A stretch of DNA of 64,000 nucleotides, the filler included, from Stramenopiles sp. TOSAG23-2 (Eukaryota): NCBI GenBank assembly GCA_900128395.1. It is 28 parts of 28 records of this genome, joined end to end, with 100 filler letters (N's around TTAATTAATTAA, not from the genome) between each part and the next. Parts side by side here need not be neighbours in the genome. Positions count along the whole stretch, not along the records: positions 11,571 to 13,779 come from LT651928.1; positions 13,880 to 16,084 come from LT651929.1; positions 16,185 to 18,389 come from LT651930.1; positions 18,490 to 20,692 come from LT651931.1; positions 20,793 to 22,992 come from LT651932.1; 23 more parts are not named here. The stretch is one strand, 5' to 3'. This document shows positions 12,161 through 23,092 of this stretch, in pieces. The position numbers and the translations under genes are program-made. The notes under the pieces were generated by a model that was not told where the DNA came from, ran no database searches, and saw only the letters and a program-made list of their open reading frames with translations. How positions within the stretch are numbered: position 1 is the stretch's first letter; each line of letters opens with the position of its first letter.

Positions 12161-12816
12161 TACCATGTTCCAAAGTTTGTGTTTTTAATATTTTAAAACT
12201 TCTACCTACATCTTGGCCATCGCCACTATGCTCTATCCAACTCATTACCATGTTCCAAAGTTTGTGTTTTTAATATTTTAAAACTTCTACCTACATCTTG
12301 ACCATCGCCACTATGCTCTATCCAACTCATTTGTGACCCTCTACCGGATCTTAAATATTTTATATTATCTATATCTTGAAGCTTTTCAATTTCACGTTGT
12401 GTTGCACCTTTACCTAACATTGCATTTAAACCATTTCCTTGATCTGCTTGAGTAGCTTCAATTTCTTTCATGTCTTTTTGAACCTTTTCATTTGATAAGA
12501 TTTTATTTTCTTGAAATTTATATTCTTCTTTCAATACAATCGATGATGATACTTTGTTTAAATGATCAACAGACTGTTTCAATTCCATTTTTGCTTTAGT
12601 CATTTCCTCCTTTACACGATTCAATTTTGCTTCTGCTAATTTCACTTTTTTCTCCGCTGCTTTTATTCTTTCCGTTTTCTTCTTGTTATTATTATCGTTA
12701 TTAATCGAACTTCCGTTTGTTAATGAAATAACAATACATAATAATACAACTAGGCATGGAATGATTTTGATTCCATGATATCGACGACGATAATGTACAT
12801 TAATTGATGACGACAT
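12161..12816 (-). CDS. Secreted/anchored coiled-coil protein, N-terminal part; 3' end disturbed by an 85-bp duplication
   Basis: Hydrophobic IIPCLVVLLCIVISL then a coiled coil. 12161-12245 duplicates 12246-12330. Possible donor GTAATT after ...TLEHG. Confidence 0.5.
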
Positions 12817-13574
12817 GATTACAATTAAGTTTGTTTATATATATATATATATATATGCATGTATTTGATTTGCATGTTGTACTACTTTTCTTCTATTCAA
12901 TTTTTCTAGATGTGAACCATATGAACCATATATCTTTGTTAATTGATGACGACATGATTACAATTAAGTTTGTTTATATATATATATATATATATGCATG
13001 TATTTGATTTGCATGTTGTACTACTTTTCTTCTATTCAATTTTTCTAGATGTGAACCATATGAACCATATATCTTTGGCCCCCTTTTTTTTTTTCGCCTC
13101 ATACCTTCACGGAATTTACTAATTTGTATACTTAAACGTCATATTACCTATCAAATACAATAAAATTTTTTCATGTCTGTTTTAGTTTTGAACGCTTTTG
13201 TTGCTTTTTCGTGTTTTAGTTTTTGAGCATTTTGAAATAGATTGAATGATAGAATAGAGTGTTTAAGTTCATTAAGTATACTTGTTGTTGTATTGCTATT
13301 TCATTTAACGATGACCCTCCCATGTCAGGTGGTCTTTTTTTTTGGGGGGGGGGGGTCTTTTTTTTTATTTTCCTCTGTATACTACTTAGTATTAATTATA
13401 CCTATATAATTATATCGATCGATCCGCGAACTGCGATCCGTGATCCGCATTTCGCGTATTATATTAAGGTATTTTATATCAATCCGATCGATGATAATAT
13501 TGATTTAGGATTAAGGATGATGATAAACGACTCGTATATAGATATAGATACAATATACATGTACACATACTCTG

Positions 13575-13605
<31 letters not shown>

Positions 13606-13690
13606 TCAAAAGTAAAAATGGATGTTCAAAGCACATATTACACACTATACACTTATTATGGTTATATTATAAATATATAAATATATAAAC

Positions 13691-13779
13691 ATGTCTGGTG
13701 GTAGAGTAAAAGCATCTTATATCGAAGATATGACTATACACCAAACCAAATGTTCCATAAAAAGAACCAGCTCAATGTA
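13691..13779 (+). CDS. N-terminal fragment of an unknown gene cut by the contig end
   Basis: ATG follows an AT-rich leader; MSGGRVKASYIEDMTIHQTKCSIKRTSSM is open to the spacer. Confidence 0.35.
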
Positions 13780-14233
13780 NNNNNNNNNNNNNNNNNNNNN
13801 NNNNNNNNNNNNNNNNNNNNNNNTTAATTAATTAANNNNNNNNNNNNNNNNNNNNNNNNNNNNNNNNNNNNNNNNNNNNGTATATATAGATAGACTCTTT
13901 CGGAAAAATACACAAAAAAATATTCTCGCTTACATATACATATATAATCAGTGTTTGATACACGTGTTAAGAAATCTATAACGCCGTGTTAAGTATATAC
14001 GTTTAGTCTTGTTAGGTGTCTTTGACTTGTGTCGTATTTAATAATATATTATAGAATAAATCAAATCTATAAATTAAAAATATATTATATTGACATTTCG
14101 ATAACAAATTAGTTAAATTATAATAAAAATAATCGTTAAACCATACATACGCACAAACATACATAAACACATACACTCGTAGTAATAATAATAACGCATA
14201 CATTTCCATACAAATTACAATTCCACGACAACG

Positions 14234-15271
14234 ATGGTATTAAATAAGAATAAAATAAAGATCACCATGATGACATTATTAATAATACAATCTTTTATTA
14301 TTATTGTCGTGAAATCAGATAAATTATCATTATTATGTATTGGTGATTGGGGTGGGGAATCAGATGAGATACCATCAAACGAAGCACAAAGGGCAGCATC
14401 TGCTGGTATGTCAAAAGTGTCAAAAGAAATAGATGCACAAGGTGTTTTGCTCCTTGGTGATAATTTTTATGATCGTGGGGTTGAAAAAAATACATCAATA
14501 CGTTTTAAAGAAACATTTGAAGAAGTATATCCTATTGAAGCTTTTGAAAAATTGCCATTTTATGTAATTGCTGGTAATCATGACCATGCTGGAAATGTAC
14601 AAGCACAAATCGATTACCATGATGCAAGTGCACGTTGGCATTTTCCATCATTGTATTACAAATTGCCATTTGAATATGTTTCATCCTCTGGTGTTAAACG
14701 TACTGTTGATTTTATTATGATTGATACTGTGAATCTATGTGGTTTCTGTGAAGATGAATACATTGGATGTGAATTACCAGGTCCATTTGATTTAGAAGCA
14801 GCGGAAAATCAATGGGAATGGCTGGAATCGCAACTTCAAACAAGTACCGCAGATTTCTTATGGGTTGGTGGACATTATCCAATATATTCTGCTGGTGGTG
14901 ATGGTACAACACCATTATTAGTAGAACGATTGTTACCATTGATGAAGAAATACAATGCACATTATATTGGTGGACATGATCACATGCATGAACATATTGA
15001 ATATGAAGGTGTCAATATGGTTATTACGGGACCAGGACGTTTTTGCTGCTACAATACAACACATATTAAAACTGTACCAGATGGTGCAATTAAATATTTA
15101 GTCTCTGGTAACAATGGACAAGGACCATCTGTTGGTAAAAAACCATCAACGAATATGTTAAGTGGATTTTCTAGTTTAGTATTTGATGATGATGTACAAT
15201 TGAAATTATACAAAGAAGATGGCGAAACTATTTATACTGCACCACCAATTTCACATCGGGCGGTTGTATAA
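14234..15271 (+). CDS. Purple / tartrate-resistant acid phosphatase (ACP5-like), secreted or lysosomal
   Basis: Signal peptide plus GDWG, GDNFY, GNHD, GGHYP and GHDH metallophosphoesterase motifs. Confidence 0.95.
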   Translation: MVLNKNKIKITMMTLLIIQSFIIIVVKSDKLSLLCIGDWGGESDEIPSNEAQRAASAGMSKVSKEIDAQGVLLLGDNFYDRGVEKNTSIRFKETFEEVYPIEAFEKLPFYVIAGNHDHAGNVQAQIDYHDASARWHFPSLYYKLPFEYVSSSGVKRTVDFIMIDTVNLCGFCEDEYIGCELPGPFDLEAAENQWEWLESQLQTSTADFLWVGGHYPIYSAGGDGTTPLLVERLLPLMKKYNAHYIGGHDHMHEHIEYEGVNMVITGPGRFCCYNTTHIKTVPDGAIKYLVSGNNGQGPSVGKKPSTNMLSGFSSLVFDDDVQLKLYKEDGETIYTAPPISHRAVV

Positions 15272-15685
15272 ACGTCTATAATATAGGATATTAGGAGCAG
15301 TGTTTTTTAAAAGGGGGGGTGTTTTTAGGGGGAAAAAAGAAAGCACCTTTTCCTGTTTTTAAGCTAAAAAGCTAAGAATTTAACACATGTGTGTGTGTGT
15401 GTGTGTCTTGCATTTTGCATGTTGCATGTTAGCTGTTTGCATGTTGCATTATGTGTGCGTGTGGGTATGATACTAAAATCTTTAAAAATTTTATAAAAAA
15501 TCTCTTTTGAGTTTAAATTACGAAATTAAATGTGATGTCAAAATACTCTCTCATATTGCTACTCTCAACCCTTTCTCCCTTCTCCCCTCTCTCCCCTCTC
15601 TCCACGTTCCTCTCAACTTCCTGTGGCCATCTCTCATTTTTAAATTATATTCGTACGAACTTCAGTACTTAGAGAAATTAGAAGA

Positions 15686-16084
15686 TCACCTCCATTTATA
15701 TGGCTTATGAACTTTTCTTCCACCGGATATCACGGCACATGGTGTGATCATTGAGATAGGTGGCAATACTGGTAACTTCGCATTGTCTTGTTTTACTTTA
15801 CGTTTAATCGATGTTTCACCAATCAATCGTACATTTTTATTATTGTATACTTTCATACCACTTAAATCAACATCATCAACAAATATATCATTCCCAAAAT
15901 CATTTTTTCCATCATTTGTTGCTGTATTATTCGTATAAAATGTATCTGAATTAAATAAATATTCTGGTGGATTGGATACCCATGCACCATGTTTTATTTT
16001 ATTTTTCATTTTATTTCTATGTTTATGCATTTGTTTTTCATGATGATGTTCATATCTAGCTTTTCTTCTTTCTCGTTTTTTAAT
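15686..16084 (-). CDS. C-terminal fragment of a hypothetical protein
   Basis: Coding-like sequence from the contig edge to TGA; no recognisable motif. Confidence 0.4.
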   Translation of the reverse strand: MKKRERRKARYEHHHEKQMHKHRNKMKNKIKHGAWVSNPPEYLFNSDTFYTNNTATNDGKNDFGNDIFVDDVDLSGMKVYNNKNVRLIGETSIKRKVKQDNAKLPVLPPISMITPCAVISGGRKVHKPYKWR

Positions 16085-16184
16085 NNNNNNNNNNNNNNNN
16101 NNNNNNNNNNNNNNNNNNNNNNNNNNNNTTAATTAATTAANNNNNNNNNNNNNNNNNNNNNNNNNNNNNNNNNNNNNNNNNNNN

Positions 16185-17755
16185 TCGTACATTTCTAGAG
16201 TCACAGGGATTCCAAATATCATCCAAATAACACTTCGCCGTTGAATTTCTAATCCATCAAGAAAATATTTTAATGCGCCATTATTATCACTATTAAAACA
16301 TTCAGATAAAATCAATACATAATCACCACGATGGATTGATTCCAAAAAACGAGTATATGCTATTGATGGCTTCATTGATATAGTTAGTAATATATACAAC
16401 CCATACATCCATAAGGTTTCGGTTATAATCATAAATACTAACCCACCAATGTCAAGAATATAATCACTTTGAAAACTTTGGAACACAAAGTCTATACCCC
16501 CCAATATTATATATAAAATTAAACTGAAAATGATTAAACCAACTGAATTTCCTAATATCCGAACAGATCGTTTCACATTTACAGCAATCGTCTCCAGTGA
16601 TTGAATAAAAATTTTAATTATCTTTTTCGCCTCTTTACGATTAATAGTATTTGGATTCATTATTTTGTGATCATCATCACAGTCAGATTCAAAAAATTTA
16701 TATATAACTTTATTGATCTTTTCTGACATTTGTTTTATTTTAAATGCAATAACTTCAGATTCTACAACTCTTATAAAGATTAAAAATGTAAAATGAAGTA
16801 TAAAACCAATAGTGAACGAGTACATAGAAACAGCAAATTCTATTGTCTTAATCTTTTCTGACATTTGTTTTATTTTAAATGCAATAACTTCAGATTCTAC
16901 AACCATTATAAAGATTAAAAATGTAAAATGAAGTATAAAACCAATAGTGAACGAGTACATAGAAACAGCAAATTCTATTGTCTTAACTATTCTAACCCAT
17001 TCTGGAATATTTGACAGTCTTTTAGAATCACTAATCACAGATATAAAACCAACAAGATTGAGAACTGTGAAAGTCAACCAACCGATAAGGGAATTTGAAA
17101 AATATTTTGTTGCCAATTGCTTTGAGGATTTCGGCAATTTTTTCCATGACTTTAAAAATGCAGAACGCCCTACGTTACCATTGAAAAAGAAAGTCAACCA
17201 ACCGATAAGGGAATTTGAAAAATATTTTGTTGCCAATTGCTTTGAGGATTTCGGCAATTTTTTCCATGACTTTAAAAATGCAGAACGCCCTACGTTACCA
17301 TTGAAAAAATGGTGAACTTTCATAATGGACATTGGCCCATAAATACAAAAGCAAATTGGAGCTGGTAATTGAGCAATTCCAATTTTTAATTGGCCGTTCT
17401 CCTGAATATTTAATAAACCAGTAATGCCGAAGTATATACTTGCTATAATTGAAATCCATTTTAAAATAAATTTAATAGGATGTTTGTCATTTTCAAATAA
17501 AAACACAAGCTTTGCTGCAAAACGAAAGGACGCAGGCATTGCTTTTAATATTTCAGATTTTGATACTGTATCGAGCTCATGTTCTATTTTTCTTGCTTCA
17601 TTTTCTTCTTCCTCTAATTGTTTAAATATATTATTATCATTATTATTATTTTCAAGCATGTTATTATTATTATTATTTTCATTCATAATGTCAACCGTAG
17701 AAATATTATTTGTTTTATTATAATCATTGACTTGATATTTATTACCAGTATCCAT
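16185..17755 (-). CDS. Multi-TM protein, gustatory-receptor-like (7TMIC) candidate, 3'-partial
   Basis: After removing in-frame 120-bp and 135-bp tandem duplications: 6 TM helices, a long TM4-TM5 loop, then ...FLDGLE...VIWMIFGIPVT. Confidence 0.55.
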
Positions 17756-18722
17756 CGAAAGTGATTGTTATATATATATAGATGTATAAATAAATATTGT
17801 TTTTCTCCCTTATAAACTTATGTATATATATCCATACATGTATATATATATATATAACTATATATAGATGTATAAATAAATATTGTTTTTCTCCCTTATA
17901 AACTTATGTATTTATATATTTTAACTAAATATTGTTTTTCTCCCTTATAATATATATAGATGTATAAATAAATATTGTTTTTCTCCCTTATAAACTTATG
18001 TATATATATCCATACATGTATATATATATATATATGTGCATCTATCTATTTTCTTATATGTTGGAAAAGTGATTGTAAAAAGGCTCCGCGTTCGAATTAT
18101 TTAAAGAAGTGCAACAAATATAGAAGAAGAACTTATAATATCATTGAAAAAAAGAAAAGTTATCAAAAATATAATACTCACGTACAAAAAATAACATTGT
18201 TTTATATCACAAAAAAATTATATCTTGAAGAAAGCTCTGGATACGATAAAAGAAACTTTCTCATATGTATCAATTTCCATTTTCTTAATTTCTCTCTAAC
18301 TTTCTTCTCTCTTTCCTATACTATAATATTTTTTGTCAAACAACAACAATTTTGAATTTATCATATAAAAAATATTGCATGGCATATGCNNNNNNNNNNN
18401 NNNNNNNNNNNNNNNNNNNNNNNNNNNNNNNNNTTAATTAATTAANNNNNNNNNNNNNNNNNNNNNNNNNNNNNNNNNNNNNNNNNNNNAGAACGATATT
18501 ATAATTTGTGCAAAGAAATTAGAGGATAAAGAACGATTTAAAAATTTTTTATTATTGTAAAAAAGAGCGCGTCATAAACGTATATATATACATATGTGTG
18601 TACATTTTTTAATTAATACACACGCACATTATACGTGTATATATATAAATATTGTTTCTTAAATAAGCTCTATCGAAAAAATTATTAACCCCCGCTTCCA
18701 CGCCCTGTGGGCACGCCCTTTT

Positions 18723-20057
18723 CTATTTCATAGCAACAAAGATATTGCCATAAACTGGTTTTCCAGCTTGTTTTCTTAATATTTCTTTTTCTTTCCATTT
18801 CAATAAATTGAATTTATATTCCTTTAGTAAATTTACAATGTAATTTACATGATGTTTAAATCTACCTGTTTTTTGTAATTGATAGGGTGGAATTGGTGTA
18901 AGACCATTTATATTTTGAGATGATAATGATGAAGATATCAATAATGCTTCAGTGGAAAAAACAAATATACCACCATCAGCCAGACATTTATATACTTTAT
19001 CAAAAACACAATCCAACTCTTTAAAATATACGAATACATCGCAACTAATGCATAAATCAATGGGTATACTAGATAGTTTATTAGTATTTAGTTGCTCATC
19101 TAATATTGATTCAATATTTGATACGTAACATGAATCGTATATATTCTTGCGTTGTTTTGCCTTGTCTATCATACCTTTGCTTAAATCAATACCAATTAAT
19201 TTTTTACATATATGCTTAAATTGTATGCCACTGAGACCTGTGCCACATCCTAAATCTACTCCGACTTGAAAAAAAAGTGGCTTTGAAATTCGAACTTCAC
19301 AAACATTTACTAATAAATTCAAACACAATGTAGGGGTTTGATATGACAATGATGCTAAACTTTCATCAAAGTAATTTGAATATTTATCATACAATTTTTC
19401 AATATATTTTAAAGGTGGAGGTGGAGCATTTGCTGCATCATCAGCCGATTTTGCATTCTTGATAGTATTATTACCACCACTACTACTACCTTTATTATTA
19501 ATACAATGTAATTTTAAAGTTTCTATACGGTAATTCCAATATTGTTCATCGTTTTCCATATCGTATATTTTACATTGTTGATAATTTTCTATAGCTTTTA
19601 AATAGTCTCCTGTATTTTTATAATGGGATCCAAGCCAATAATATACATCACGTTTTTCTTTATCTGATTTGACATGGTTTAAACATATTTTTAAAGTCTC
19701 TATAGCTTGATTTTCACTATGTATTTTTCCATAATAAAAAGCTAATGCTCTATAATTTCTTAAATAATGATGATTATCATTATTATTATTGCAGTCATTT
19801 GTACTTGGTAATAAAGATATGGATTTTTCTGTACATTTTATTGCGTCTTCCAGTTTGCCTAATTTACAATAAACTCTACCAAGCGTGAAATGAAATTGCC
19901 ATCGAGCTGCGTTGCATTTGATTGCATAGTCACAACATCTTTTTGCGTTGGTATATTCGCATTTATTATAATATTCATTTGCTAAAACAATAAATTTTTT
20001 ACCCAGCCCATGTTGTGTCGTAGTATTTGAATCATACGTAGATATTAAAGATTCCAT
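18723..20057 (-). CDS. TPR-repeat class I SAM methyltransferase (COG4976-like)
   Basis: N-terminal TPRs; LYDKYSNYFDESL..LSYQTP, VDLGCGTGLSG, GIDLSKGM, DVFVYF, FVFSTE, TGRFKH. Confidence 0.9.
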   Translation of the reverse strand: MESLISTYDSNTTTQHGLGKKFIVLANEYYNKCEYTNAKRCCDYAIKCNAARWQFHFTLGRVYCKLGKLEDAIKCTEKSISLLPSTNDCNNNNDNHHYLRNYRALAFYYGKIHSENQAIETLKICLNHVKSDKEKRDVYYWLGSHYKNTGDYLKAIENYQQCKIYDMENDEQYWNYRIETLKLHCINNKGSSSGGNNTIKNAKSADDAANAPPPPLKYIEKLYDKYSNYFDESLASLSYQTPTLCLNLLVNVCEVRISKPLFFQVGVDLGCGTGLSGIQFKHICKKLIGIDLSKGMIDKAKQRKNIYDSCYVSNIESILDEQLNTNKLSSIPIDLCISCDVFVYFKELDCVFDKVYKCLADGGIFVFSTEALLISSSLSSQNINGLTPIPPYQLQKTGRFKHHVNYIVNLLKEYKFNLLKWKEKEILRKQAGKPVYGNIFVAMK

Positions 20058-21355
20058 GTGTTTACTATATATTATTTACGTAATTTAATGATTTAATGTG
20101 CTACTATACTGCAACTACTATAAGATGGTAGATGGTAGCAAAGTAATCTTAACCTTTAACTTTTTATTTTTATTTATTTCTTTTGGTATATGTATTATTG
20201 AAATTATATATACAGGTATATATTTTTTTGGAGATGACCACCAGCAGAGAGAGAAGAAGAGGAGAGTTTTGGTCGCTCGACTCCTTTTCCTAGAGTCAAT
20301 AGTGTGTATTGTTATTTTAAAATAGCATCTAAATAGCACTATAGAATAGGAATAGCATTATAAACGAAAAACTACCTTTTCCTAGAGTCAATAGTGTGTA
20401 TTGTTATTTTAAAATAGCATCTAAATAGCACTATAGAATAGGAATAGCATTATAAACGAAAAACTACATGTATATAAGGTATTTTTATGCGAAGATTCGA
20501 CGTTTGAGTAAATAATACAGGAATGGTCGGGGACCCACTTTTGGTATCCTTTTCGATAGTCTAAAATTCAAATGGAATCCCTATATATTAATATATTAAT
20601 GCCAAAAAAATTATAAACAAATCCAGAAATTGAATACATCTATTATTGAAAAGAACTAATAGGATTACACAATGTTGTATATTGAAAGAATCNNNNNNNN
20701 NNNNNNNNNNNNNNNNNNNNNNNNNNNNNNNNNNNNTTAATTAATTAANNNNNNNNNNNNNNNNNNNNNNNNNNNNNNNNNNNNNNNNNNNNATATTACT
20801 TTAACACGAGAAGTGTAAAAATATTATAACTTAGATTTTAACCATCACTTTGTAAAGTATTTTTATTTTTTAATTCAAGAAGAATTAAATATTTCTTTGC
20901 ACGGCGGTCACTTCTTGTACGGTATTCACCTGGTAATTGGCAGATACATAGACATACCATTGAATCATATATTTTGTACTTAAATCCTATTAAAACACTA
21001 CGGAAAATGCACTACTATAATCTTTTTTTTTTTTTCAGTTTTTTGTGTCAAGAAGAATTTTTTTTAGGATAAATTGATTGCACAAAAATAACACTACACA
21101 GTATGGTAAAATCAATATACGTTTTACAAATTTAACAAAAATATATTTTATAATCAATATATATCGTTATATATGGATAGAAATGTGTACCAAATGAATG
21201 CACCACCAACAAGATAATCAACATGATCGTTTGAATAAGAAATATATATAGTAGCATCTCCTTCGAATTGATACAGATCATCGTATTGCATCATTTGAAT
21301 ATTATTTATTTATTATATTATATTTTAAACATTATTACTACTTTTTTTTTCGACC

Positions 21356-22405
21356 ATGTTGCCCTCATTAACAAATGCATCAACCAAAGTGGTCCCATCA
21401 CCTAGTTTTAAAAAGAAACCATTGCGTCCAATTGAACCATCATCAAAATCATCTAAAACAAAAACATCGTTAATACATGAACAAAATATACATTCATCCT
21501 CGTATCACAATATATTAGATGATTTAGAAGATAGAATTGGGCGTTCAGCAACACATGATGAAATGCAGTTACACAAGATGAACTCGATCGTGCATATACC
21601 GGTTGGAATTGGAAATTAGAATATCGTGTACCAGTAATTTTAAATTTCTTCATCGTCTGCTTGATGTTTAGCACTGGTATGCCTATATTGTATGTAATTG
21701 GTGCATGTGCATTTGGCATTACATATATGTTTGAAAAATTTACATTATTAATACAAAGAACGTATTGCTAAATTGATTGCAAGTATAATTCCAATAGGTG
21801 CATTGATAAAAATTAGTATCGGTACATGGATGTTAAGTAATTATAGTTTAACATTATTACCAATGGAAAATTATAACATGGCAACGCGTATATTAATGAC
21901 CGTGCCTGGTATATTTGGTGTCATTTTCATTGGTGGTATATTCATCTTTCGTATGTTGGAACTGTTGGTGTTTGATTTTGTATATCGACCATTATCATTT
22001 CTATTGACATTTTGTTGTAGTTATGGCGGTGCAATTGCAAGAAATCATTCTTCATTACATCGTAAATATTTACCTGGATATACGGAAGTATTTGCATTGC
22101 ATCCAAGTGTTGATTATTTAAATCCTGTAGAAGAAGATGAATGGGATAAATTAACACAGCAACAAATGGATGAAGGTTGGATGGTAGAGGAAGATCCAAG
22201 AGGCGGCGTCGTACGATGTAAAAAATGGATGGAAACTGTTGTAGTACATAATATCAAACGTGCTAATGGTATGAAAAAACGTACATGGGAAATTATGGAA
22301 GACGATGGGTTGCATACATACAATCCAATTGCAAACATTGTATATCAAGAAGCTATTAAACAAATGAATGATTTAAAAGGCAAAGGTGCGGAGAATGCGA
22401 GGTAG
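21356..22405 (+). CDS. TMEM63/OSCA/TMC-superfamily-like channel, internally deleted or frame-broken
   Basis: A third-frame segment at about 21562-21772 reads AVTQDELDRAYTGWNWKLEYRVPVILNFFIVCLMFSTGMPILY...YMFEKFTLL, typical of C-terminal TMs in this family, and links the two called ORFs. Confidence 0.55.
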
Positions 22406-22606
22406 ATAGTTGAGAGTGTGTATATGTAGAAATGTGAGGTGATAAAGAGGGTTGGTGGGGTATGTCACGTATAAAATATGTTTTTTGTAAAAGAAAATTG
22501 TGTTTTTTTTTTTATTAATTTTTTTAAAAAAATATAATGTTTAAAAAATCTAAGTTAAAATTGTAAATGATCTTCTTTTTATCTGAATAATATTCAAATT
22601 ATTCAA

Positions 22607-22927
22607 TGTTGTAAGTCAGGGAATACAACGACATTTGGAAACTCGAGGTGCAAGATTTTAGTATCAATATATAGCGTGGCCAGAAATGCAAGTCAAGATG
22701 GCCTTCATAAGTGTTGTAAGTCAGGGAATACAACGACATTTGGAAACTCGAGGTGCAAGATTAATGGTAGCTCTATGCTTATCTTATTGCTATGAACCTC
22801 GGTGCAAGATTCTAGTGTGGCCAGAAATGCAAGTCAAGATGGCCTTCATAAGTGTTGTAAGTCAGGGAATACAACGACATTTGGAAACTCGAGGTGCAAG
22901 ATAATATGCTATGCTTATCTTATTGCT
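22607..22927. repeat. Compound tandem repeat: three identical 50-bp units plus two 36-bp units
   Basis: tgttgtaagtcagggaatacaacgacatttggaaactcgaggtgcaagat at 22607, 22712 and 22853; gtggccagaaatgcaagtcaagatggccttcataag precedes copies 2 and 3. Confidence 0.9.
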
Positions 22928-23092
22928 CTTATGTATTAAGAACGACATGATAAAACAAGGTGTCGTCAAATCCCATTACCATATAAATATACNNNNNNNN
23001 NNNNNNNNNNNNNNNNNNNNNNNNNNNNNNNNNNNNTTAATTAATTAANNNNNNNNNNNNNNNNNNNNNNNNNNNNNNNNNNNNNNNNNNNN

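Noticed and set aside
16716-17309. Internal protein repeats in the 7TM protein
   Set aside because: Near-identical DNA copies of the same kind as the frame-breaking duplications elsewhere; most likely artefact.
22607-22927. CRISPR-like array
   Set aside because: The linkers contain a second invariant repeat and are related to each other; there are no cas genes and the context is eukaryotic.
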